Shown here one piece after another: positions 56,534 through 64,000 of a stretch of DNA of 64,000 bases. The translations under genes were made by a program, and so were the position numbers. The DNA lies in NCBI GenBank assembly GCA_030684405.1, contig JAUXYA010000034.1:74459-138458 (forward strand). Reading direction: 5' to 3'. The notes below the pieces were generated by a model. The model was not told the DNA's origin, made no database searches, and saw nothing but the letters and a program-made list of their open reading frames with translations. Within the stretch, counting starts at the first letter, position 1. Every line of letters starts with the position of its first letter. Source of the DNA: Burkholderiales bacterium (lineage in GTDB: Bacteria; Pseudomonadota; Gammaproteobacteria; Burkholderiales; SG8-41).

Positions 56534-58308
56534 CGCTTGCGGGGTGTCCTGGTGGTGATTTCGGGTTTGAGAAAAGAAAAATCGCAGCCTTCGTCGGCCT
56601 GGGTGATCTGCTCCATGAACAACTTGCGATAGCCGCGTGTATCTTCCTTGCGTGGCTTCGACACCTTGAGGCGCCGGCGCCGCGCCTCGAGTTCGGCGTC
56701 ATCCACCAGCAGTTCGAGCTTGCGTGCCGGTACATCGAGTCTGATACGGTCGCCATTCTGCACCAGCGCCAGCGTGCCGCCCACCGCAGACTCCGGTGTC
56801 ACGTGAAGCACGATCGCGCCGAAGGCAGTGCCGCTCATGCGCGCATCGGAAATGCGGATCATGTCCTTGACGCCTTTGGATCCCAGCTTTTTCGGGATCG
56901 GCAGGTAACCGGCTTCCGGCATGCCCGGAGCGCCGATCGGCCCGGCATTCTTCAATACCAGAATGTCGTCGGCTTTGACATCCAGATCCGGATCATCGAC
57001 CCGTTCCGCGAGGTCAGGCAGCGACTCGAACACCACTGCCCGACCCACGTGTTGCGCCAGCTTCGGATCCATCGCAGCCTGCTTGATGATCGCACCACCC
57101 GGCGCAAGATTGCCGCGCAACACAGCGATGCTGCCACCGGCGAACACGGGATCACTGAACTTGCGCACCACCTGCTGATTCCAGCCCGGTGGCGTGTCGG
57201 CCATGTTCTGCCCCAGCGTCCTGCCGGTCACCGTCAGCGCCTTCAGATTCAGCTGGTGTTTGATCTCGCGCAGGATGGTCGTCAGGCCGCCGGCCTTGTA
57301 GAGGTCTTCCATATAGCCCTGCCCGGTCGGTTTGAGGTCGACCAGCACCGGCGTCTCGCGGCCCATTTTGTCGAAGGCATCGAGGTCGAGTTTGATGCCG
57401 AGGCGCCCGGCCATCGCCGTCAGATGCACGATGGCATTGGTCGAGCCGCCCACCGCAAACAGCACGCGCAGCGCATTCTCGAAGGCTTCGACGGTCATGA
57501 TCCTGTCCGGCGTCAGCTTCTCCTTCGCCATGGCTACCGCGCGCGCGCCGCTCGCTTCAGCCTGGCGCAGTCGGTCGGCCATCACCGCCGGCACACAGGC
57601 ACCGCCCGGCAGCATCATGCCCATCGCCTCGCTGCACAGCGCCATCGTGCTCGCGGTCCCCATCACCATGCAGGTGCCGGCGGAAGGCGCGAGCTTTTTG
57701 TTGATCTCGCCGATCTCCTCCTCGGAAATCTCTGCGGCGCGGAATTTGCCCCAGAAACGGCGGCAGTCGGTGCAGGCGCCCAGGCGTTCACCCTTGTGGT
57801 CACCGGTGATCATCGGGCCGGTAACCAGCATGATCGAGGGCACGTTGGCGCTCGCCGCGCCCATCAGCAGCGCCGGCACGGTCTTGTCGCAGCCGCCGAT
57901 CAGCACCACGGAGTCGACGGGCTGCCCGCGCAGCATCTCCTCGGTGTCGATCGCCATCAGGTTGCGCAGGTACATGCTGGTCGGATGCGCGAAGGACTCG
58001 TGCAGCGTGATCACCGGGAATTCCACCGGCAGGCCGCCGGCGAGCATCACGCCGCGCTTCACCGCCTCGATCAGCTCCGGCACGTTGCGATGGCAGGCGT
58101 TGAAGCCGCTGAAGGTGTTGGTGATGCCGACGATCGGGCGATCGAGCGCCTCGTCGGTGTAGCCCATCGCCTTGATGAAGGCCTTGCGCAGGAACAGCGA
58201 AAATCCCTCGTCGCCGTAGGCGGTGAGGCCCTTGCGCATGCCGCTCTTGCCGGTCACCCGTTTTGCTTTGCCGACCGAACCTTTACCGCCCTTACCGCTC
58301 CGCGCCAT
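56530..58308 (-). CDS. IlvD/Edd-family dehydratase with a basic Gly/Lys N-terminal extension
   Basis: NACH, GGCDKT, GTCMVMGTASTM, GGSTNA, GAPGMPE, SDARMSGT, LHVTPE. Confidence 0.93.
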   Translation of the reverse strand: MARSGKGGKGSVGKAKRVTGKSGMRKGLTAYGDEGFSLFLRKAFIKAMGYTDEALDRPIVGITNTFSGFNACHRNVPELIEAVKRGVMLAGGLPVEFPVITLHESFAHPTSMYLRNLMAIDTEEMLRGQPVDSVVLIGGCDKTVPALLMGAASANVPSIMLVTGPMITGDHKGERLGACTDCRRFWGKFRAAEISEEEIGEINKKLAPSAGTCMVMGTASTMALCSEAMGMMLPGGACVPAVMADRLRQAEASGARAVAMAKEKLTPDRIMTVEAFENALRVLFAVGGSTNAIVHLTAMAGRLGIKLDLDAFDKMGRETPVLVDLKPTGQGYMEDLYKAGGLTTILREIKHQLNLKALTVTGRTLGQNMADTPPGWNQQVVRKFSDPVFAGGSIAVLRGNLAPGGAIIKQAAMDPKLAQHVGRAVVFESLPDLAERVDDPDLDVKADDILVLKNAGPIGAPGMPEAGYLPIPKKLGSKGVKDMIRISDARMSGTAFGAIVLHVTPESAVGGTLALVQNGDRIRLDVPARKLELLVDDAELEARRRRLKVSKPRKEDTRGYRKLFMEQITQADEGCDFSFLKPEITTRTPRKR

Positions 58309-58379
58309 GGTAATTCGCCTTGAAAAAATCAGGCTTGCACGATAGCCGAAGGGTTATCCCGAGGCAAGGCGCCCCGCCC

Positions 58380-59177
58380 TCAGGTCCCGCGGAACACCGG
58401 CGGGCGTTTCTCGATGAAGGCGCGCAGGGCTTCCTTCGTATCCTCGGTGCCCTTGAGCTTGTTGTTCATGGTGTTCTGCAGTTCGAGCTGCTGCTCAACG
58501 TCCTGCTGCCAGGCGCGCCTGAGCGCAACCTTGGTCATCTGCACCGCGACCGGCGCCTTGCTGTTGAGCCGCTGTGCCAGAGCCATCGCCTCGTCCATCA
58601 GCCGCTCATGGGGCACCACCTTGGTCGCCAACCCCCATGCCAGCGCCTGCTGCGCATCGAAGGGCTCGCCCAGCAGGCAGATTTCCGCCGCCCGCGCGTG
58701 TCCGACCAGCCGCGGCAGGTACCAGGTGGCCGTCTCACCCATCAGCCCGCGCTCGACAAAATTGACGCCGAAATTAGCCTGCTCACTGAGGATGCGGAAG
58801 TCCGCCGCAAAGGCCATGTTGCAACCGGCGCCGCGGGTCACGCCGTTGACCGCGGCAATGACCGGCTTGGTGATCTGGCTGAAGCCGATGGCGTAGTAAT
58901 ACTTCATGTCGAACAAGGGCTGCGGCGAGGTGCCACCGGCCCCCGCTTTCTCGGCCTCCGCCCGCGCCTTGAGGTCAGCACCGGAACAGAAACCACGACC
59001 GTTGCCGGTGGCCACGATTGTCCACACTTCCGGATCGGCTTCCGCGGTGCGCAGCAGATGCTCCATGTCGTTGCGCATCACGTTGTCGATCGCGTTCAGC
59101 CGCTCCGGGCGGTTGAGCCGCAGCACACCGGTGTGTCCGATGACTTCCCACTGGATGGCCTGATAGTCCTTGTACAT
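58380..59177 (-). CDS. Enoyl-CoA hydratase/isomerase family protein
   Basis: [36 protein letters not shown]; start placed at MYKDY after GGGAG. Confidence 0.92.
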   Translation of the reverse strand: MYKDYQAIQWEVIGHTGVLRLNRPERLNAIDNVMRNDMEHLLRTAEADPEVWTIVATGNGRGFCSGADLKARAEAEKAGAGGTSPQPLFDMKYYYAIGFSQITKPVIAAVNGVTRGAGCNMAFAADFRILSEQANFGVNFVERGLMGETATWYLPRLVGHARAAEICLLGEPFDAQQALAWGLATKVVPHERLMDEAMALAQRLNSKAPVAVQMTKVALRRAWQQDVEQQLELQNTMNNKLKGTEDTKEALRAFIEKRPPVFRGT

Positions 59178-59370
59178 CTGCGTTTCTCCCGCTAGACTGG
59201 AATCGTCGCACCATACCGGCGCGGCGGTGCACATGCAACTGGCGTCCACGATCAGGACGCCTCGCGGCTTGATCGACATCAAATCGGGACGCCTGACAAG
59301 TCTTTCCCCGATTTGCGGCCGGGCGCATACTTCGGCTCAATCGCGCAACACCGAAAGAGGAAGACCCGTA

Positions 59371-62300
59371 ATGAACGAAACCGCCGCCGGCACTGCGCAA
59401 CTCGCGCTCCCCGAACAGGAAATCAGCCGCGACACCCTCATCGAGAAATACGCCAAGGGCAAGGAAACCAGCATCACCGAAGTGCGCCGTCGTGTGGCGC
59501 GCGCACTCGCCCAGGTTGAAGCCGAGCAGCAGCGCGCAGTCTGGGAAAAGCGCTTCCTGCAAGCGCAGGAAGACGGATTCATCCCCGCAGGACGCATCAA
59601 CTCCGCCGCCGGCGTGCAACTTGCGGCCACGCTGATCAACTGTTTCGTGCAGCCGGTCGGCGACTCGATCTCCGAAACCGTTGACGGCCGCCCCGGCATC
59701 TACATCGCGCTGCAGGAAGCCGCCGAAACCATGCGCCGCGGTGGCGGCGTCGGTTACGACTTCTCGTCGATCCGGCCCAAAGGCGCCGAGGTCAAGGGCA
59801 CGCAATCGAATGCCAGCGGCCCGGTGTCGTACATGCGCGTGTTTGACCGCTCCTGTGAGACCGTGGAATCCGCCGGCTCGCGCCGCGGCGCGCAGATGGC
59901 CGTGCTGCGCTGTGACCATCCTGATGTCGAGGATTTCATCCACGCCAAGGACAAGGGCGATCTCACCAACTTCAACATCTCGGTGGGCGTCACCGATCCC
60001 TTCATGGAGGCGGTCGAAAAGGACCGCGAGGTCGAACTGGTCCACCGCTCGAAACCCAACACCAAGCAGATGGCCAAGGGTTCATACCAGCGCGAAGACG
60101 GCCTCTGGGTTTATCGCAAGGTGCCGGCACGCGACCTGTGGGACCAGATCATGCGCTCGACCTATGACCACGCCGAGCCCGGCGTGCTGTTCATCGACCG
60201 CATGAACAAGGACAACAACCTCAATTATTGCGAAACCATCGAGGCTACGAATCCCTGTGTAACGGCTGACACCTGGGTCATGACCGCTGACGGCGCACGA
60301 CAGGTTCATCAACTGATTGGCACCCGATTTAACGCGATCGTTGACGGCAAGGCTTACCCAACGGAATCCAGCGGATTTTTCGCCACCGGCACCAAACCGG
60401 TATTGAAACTGCGCACCCGCGAAGGCCATGCGCTGCGGCTCACGCCCGACCATCTTGTGTTATCCGTTTCCGAACGGACGCGTTATCGCCGGGAGACCGA
60501 ATGGCGCAAGGCGCAAGACCTGCGACCCGGCGATGAAATCGTGCTCCACAATAATGCCGATCTCACTGAGTGGGCGGGTCCGCATTCGCAGTCTGAAGGC
60601 TATTTGATCGGCCTGCTGCTGGGTGATGGCACACTGAAGACTGACAAGGCGATCCTTGGCGCATGGGATCCGATGGTCGCCAAAGTGGCAAACGGCGAAA
60701 CGCTGCAGTCGCATGGCGTGCGCACGATGATGGATGCCGCCCACGCTGCTGCGCTGACCTTGCCGCACCGCGCAGACTTCAGCGGATGGCTGACCGTTGC
60801 AGGGCAGCCGGGACATTACCGTCTCGCACTCGGCGCACTGAAAACCCTCGCCCATGAGTTGGGCATGGCGCCCGGCAATAAAACACTGACGCCTGAAATC
60901 GAGCGTTGCTCATCGGCGTTTTATCGCGGATTCCTGCGCGGCCTGTTCGATGCGGACGGCTCTGTACAGGGCGCACAGGCCAAAGGCGTTTCCGTACGAC
61001 TCACCCAGGTCAGTCTCGCGGTGCTCGAAGGAACACAGCGCATGCTGGGTCGACTGGGCATCAATTCAACCATTTACCGCAATCGCAGGGCCGGAGGCCC
61101 GCGGGCACTGCCGGATGGCAAAGGCGGCAGCAAGGAGTATCTGACGCAGCCGCTGCACGAATTGATCATCAGCGGTGCAAACCTTGCGACATTTGCGACA
61201 CGCATCGGATTTTCCGATGCTGACAAGGGAGAGCGCCTGAAGCAATCCCTCAACGCCTACCAGCGCACCCTCAACCGGGACCGATTCGTTGCGACCGTCG
61301 AGAGCTTGGAAGAGGACGGCATTGAAGCGGTTTACGACGTGACCGTATCTGAAGTGCATGCCTTTGATGCCAACGGCCTGTATGTACATAACTGCGCCGA
61401 ACAGCCCTTGCCCCCTTACGGCTGCTGTTGCCTCGGCTCGATCGACCTCACCAAGTTCGTGAAGAACCCCTTCGCCGAAAACAATGTCTTCGACTTCGAA
61501 CACTTCGGCAAGGTCGTCACAGTGGCGACCCGCATGCTCGACAACGTGCTCGACGTCACCGCCTGGCCGCTAAAGCAGCAGCATGAGGAAGCCATGAACA
61601 AGCGCCGTGTCGGCTTGGGCTTCACCGGGCTTGGTGATGCGCTGATCATGCTGCGCCTGCGTTACGACACTCTGGAAGCGCGGCAAATGGCAGCGAAGAT
61701 TTCGGAAGCGATGCGCGACCACGCCTACCGCGCCTCCGCAGAGTTGGCCCGCGAAAAAGGCGCCTTCCCGCTGTTCAACGCCGATCTCTACCTCTCGGGC
61801 AGCAGCTTCGCCGCGCGTCTGCCGGAAGACATCAAGCAGGTCATCCGCAAACAGGGCATCCGCAACAGTCACCTGCTGTCGATCGCGCCCACCGGCACGA
61901 TCAGCCTGTCTTTTGCAGACAACGCCTCGAACGGCATCGAACCGCCGTTCTCCTGGACCTATACCCGCAAGAAACGCATGCCCGACAACACCATGCGCGA
62001 GTTCGCGGTTGAGGATCACGCCTGGCGGCGCTGGAAGGCGATGGGCGGCAACACCTCGCAGTTGCCGCCGTGGTTCGTCACCGCACTGGAAATCTCCGCC
62101 AGCGCGCACGAGGAAATGGTCGCTGCGGTCGCGCCCTATGTCGACACCAGCATTTCGAAAACCGTCAACGTGCCCGAGGACTATCCCTACGGCGAATTCC
62201 AGGACCTCTACTTCAAGGCCTGGAAATCCGGGCTGAAGGGTCTCGCCACCTACCGTCCGAACAGCGTGCTGGGTTCGGTGCTGTCGGTCGAACCCTCGGC

Positions 62301-63375
62301 CAAGGAAAAGGCGCCGCAGGATTTCCGCGCCGACGATGTCAACCGCCGCATCCAGATCCAGTCGCTGCCGGCGCCGGTACTCGCCAGCCTGCGCTGGCCG
62401 GGCCGCCCGTCGATGACGGCCGGCAATCCGGCCTGGACCTACATGATCGAGAATCCCCACGGCGCCTTCGCCGTATTCGTCGGCCACGTCGAAAATGAAC
62501 AAAACCACGCCTTCGAAGTCTGGGTCAACGGCAGCGAACAGCCGCGCGGTCTGGGCGCCGTCGCCAAGACGCTGTCGATGGACATGCGCGCCGACGATCC
62601 GGGCTGGTTGAAGCTCAAGCTTGACACCCTGGCCAAGGCCGGCGGCGACGAGCCCTTCGACATGCACTTCCCGCCGCACGGCGAAGTAAAACGCATGCCC
62701 TCGGTGGTGGCTGCCTTTGCGCAGGTATTGCGCTGGCGCGTCGACCAACTGGGCGGACTCACCGCATCCGGCGCGCCGCTGTTCGGTCAGTCACTGACGC
62801 CCGTGCTCGACGCAATGTTCGCACCGAAGGAACCGAAGACCGGCACCGACGGCACAATGTCGTGGACCGTGGACGTGCTCAATCCGCGCACCGGTGACGA
62901 CTTCGTGCTCGGCATCAAGGAAATTACCCTCCCTGACGGCGTCACCCGCCCGTACTCGATGTGGCTCTCCGGCGAATATCCGCGCGCGCTCGATGGCCTG
63001 TGCAAGATCCTCTCGCTCGACATGCGCGTGATGGACCCGGCGTGGGTCGGAATGAAACTGAAAAAACTGCTGGAGTTCCCGGAACCGCTGGGCGACTTCA
63101 TGGCCTTCGTGCCCGGCGAGCGCAAGCAGGCGACCTACCCCTCGACGGTGGCCTATGTCGCGCGGCTGATCCTGCACCGCTACGCGATGCTGGGCATTCT
63201 CGACGAGAACGGCGCGCCGCGCACGCAGATGGGTATCCTCGCGACACCCGAACGCGGCACCGAGCCGAAAGTCATGAAAGGCAGCCGCTGCCCCGAGTGC
63301 GGCAATGCCACGCTGATCCGCAAGGACGGCTGCGACTGGTGCTCGGCCTGCGGTTACACGGGCGCCTGCGGCTGA
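59371..63375 (+). CDS. nrdJ: Adenosylcobalamin-dependent (class II) ribonucleotide reductase containing an intein, with C-terminal extension and Zn ribbon
   Basis: [29 protein letters not shown]|[22 protein letters not shown]-terminal CPECG...[11 protein letters not shown]. Confidence 0.95.
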   Translation: MNETAAGTAQLALPEQEISRDTLIEKYAKGKETSITEVRRRVARALAQVEAEQQRAVWEKRFLQAQEDGFIPAGRINSAAGVQLAATLINCFVQPVGDSISETVDGRPGIYIALQEAAETMRRGGGVGYDFSSIRPKGAEVKGTQSNASGPVSYMRVFDRSCETVESAGSRRGAQMAVLRCDHPDVEDFIHAKDKGDLTNFNISVGVTDPFMEAVEKDREVELVHRSKPNTKQMAKGSYQREDGLWVYRKVPARDLWDQIMRSTYDHAEPGVLFIDRMNKDNNLNYCETIEATNPCVTADTWVMTADGARQVHQLIGTRFNAIVDGKAYPTESSGFFATGTKPVLKLRTREGHALRLTPDHLVLSVSERTRYRRETEWRKAQDLRPGDEIVLHNNADLTEWAGPHSQSEGYLIGLLLGDGTLKTDKAILGAWDPMVAKVANGETLQSHGVRTMMDAAHAAALTLPHRADFSGWLTVAGQPGHYRLALGALKTLAHELGMAPGNKTLTPEIERCSSAFYRGFLRGLFDADGSVQGAQAKGVSVRLTQVSLAVLEGTQRMLGRLGINSTIYRNRRAGGPRALPDGKGGSKEYLTQPLHELIISGANLATFATRIGFSDADKGERLKQSLNAYQRTLNRDRFVATVESLEEDGIEAVYDVTVSEVHAFDANGLYVHNCAEQPLPPYGCCCLGSIDLTKFVKNPFAENNVFDFEHFGKVVTVATRMLDNVLDVTAWPLKQQHEEAMNKRRVGLGFTGLGDALIMLRLRYDTLEARQMAAKISEAMRDHAYRASAELAREKGAFPLFNADLYLSGSSFAARLPEDIKQVIRKQGIRNSHLLSIAPTGTISLSFADNASNGIEPPFSWTYTRKKRMPDNTMREFAVEDHAWRRWKAMGGNTSQLPPWFVTALEISASAHEEMVAAVAPYVDTSISKTVNVPEDYPYGEFQDLYFKAWKSGLKGLATYRPNSVLGSVLSVEPSAKEKAPQDFRADDVNRRIQIQSLPAPVLASLRWPGRPSMTAGNPAWTYMIENPHGAFAVFVGHVENEQNHAFEVWVNGSEQPRGLGAVAKTLSMDMRADDPGWLKLKLDTLAKAGGDEPFDMHFPPHGEVKRMPSVVAAFAQVLRWRVDQLGGLTASGAPLFGQSLTPVLDAMFAPKEPKTGTDGTMSWTVDVLNPRTGDDFVLGIKEITLPDGVTRPYSMWLSGEYPRALDGLCKILSLDMRVMDPAWVGMKLKKLLEFPEPLGDFMAFVPGERKQATYPSTVAYVARLILHRYAMLGILDENGAPRTQMGILATPERGTEPKVMKGSRCPECGNATLIRKDGCDWCSACGYTGACG
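60256..61392 (+). mobile_element. Intein (379 aa) with LAGLIDADG homing endonuclease in nrdJ
   Basis: Starts C(VTADTW); block B LTPDH; LIGLLLGDG and [10 protein letters not shown] motifs; ends VYDVTV...YVHN followed by extein Cys. Removal restores ATNPCAEQPL. Confidence 0.96.
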
Positions 63376-63391
63376 GCAATTTTAGTCCATC

Positions 63392-63429
63392 AAAACAACG
63401 CGGCCGGGATTTCCCGGCCGTTTTTGTTT
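63392..63429. terminator. Bidirectional intrinsic terminator after nrdJ
   Basis: CGGCCGGGA-TT-TCCCGGCCG with TTTTTGTTT downstream and AAAACAA upstream. Confidence 0.8.
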
Positions 63430-63445
63430 GAACAGCAAACTGCTG

Positions 63446-64000
63446 TCAGAACCGCAATGACAGCGCCGCATGCACCCGGTTGTCGTGCTTGTTGGTGCTG
63501 CCGGTGCCGTCGAGCACATAGGCCCAGTCCGCTGACAGCGACAGCCGCTTGCGCCACTGCCAGCGCACGCCGACGCCCGCGCTGGTCGCGTGCTGAACCG
63601 CGCCGGCAGCGCCGCCTGCGGCCCGCAGACGCGCTTCGCCGGTGTCCACGAATACCAGGCCACGCAGGCCCTCGGTGAGGGGTGGTGTCAGCAACTCGGC
63701 GCTCGCCACGTAGCCACGGTCGCCGGTGCCTTCGCGTTCTTCAAGGCCGCGCACCAGCGAAGCGCCGCCGATGCCGAACTGCTCTCCGGGAATCAGCGCA
63801 TCGTCCGCGGCCTGGCCGCGCAGCCGTGCGCTCGCCACCCAGGCGCCCAGCGCACGCGAGCCGTCCACTGAGTAACGCCAGGCCTGCCAGTCCGCCGTCG
63901 CGCCGGCGCGGTTGGCGACATAGCTCGCGGTGTTATTGGCGCCGCTGCCGGAGAGGTTGTGCGCGAGTTCCAGCGCACCGCGTGCAACGTAGCCCGCACC
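63446..64000 (-). CDS. ShlB/FhaC/HecB-family (TpsB) outer-membrane secretion protein, C-terminal part
   Basis: Frame is open to the window edge; EQFGIGGASLVRG, GDRG...EL, SAGVGVR, terminal aromatic F. Confidence 0.8.
   Translation of the reverse strand, partial: GAGYVARGALELAHNLSGSGANNTASYVANRAGATADWQAWRYSVDGSRALGAWVASARLRGQAADDALIPGEQFGIGGASLVRGLEEREGTGDRGYVASAELLTPPLTEGLRGLVFVDTGEARLRAAGGAAGAVQHATSAGVGVRWQWRKRLSLSADWAYVLDGTGSTNKHDNRVHAALSLRF

Noticed and set aside
59178-59370. NrdR box or cobalamin riboswitch upstream of nrdJ
   Set aside because: No recognisable NrdR palindrome or B12-box in this short divergent spacer.
59170-59370. Upstream-extended starts in the ORF track (nrdJ 59170, typA 42334, Mo subunit 39590, apbC 5633, tamA 45539, Bug 51179, LysR 54825, acyP 14230)
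   Set aside because: The extensions overlap neighbouring genes or promoters and lack family similarity; downstream starts fit better.

Overview
GC-rich betaproteobacterial chromosomal window (Burkholderiales/Rhodocyclales-like, judged by eye from gene content and the three Bug/TctC receptors). It is mostly core or metabolic genes: a Lys/Arg/Orn decarboxylase, apbC, metG, dnaE, gltIJKL, argE, a peptide ABC system, a CoxG/M/L/S-type molybdo-hydroxylase plus UbiD cluster, a DEAD-box helicase, typA, tamAB, malonyl-CoA decarboxylase, an IlvD/Edd dehydratase, a SET-domain protein and nrdJ. I saw no rRNA, tRNA, CRISPR array or transposase. Five things stand out. (1) A ~0.5 kb element, a DUF559/Vsr-like endonuclease domain bounded by 38-bp terminal inverted repeats (37/38 match, each holding a 10-bp hairpin), sits in frame inside metG with no intein motifs, within a larger tract of atypical codon usage. 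(2) A SET lysine methyltransferase gene is translationally coupled to a dehydratase whose N-terminus resembles a histone H4/H3 tail. (3) A nested pair of 9-nt-periodic inverted-repeat miniature elements lies inside the molybdo-enzyme operon. (4) Seven AT-rich IHF-consensus islands recur, three of them inside coding sequence. (5) A LAGLIDADG intein sits at the catalytic Cys of NrdJ. All calls come from reading motifs; no database search was run.
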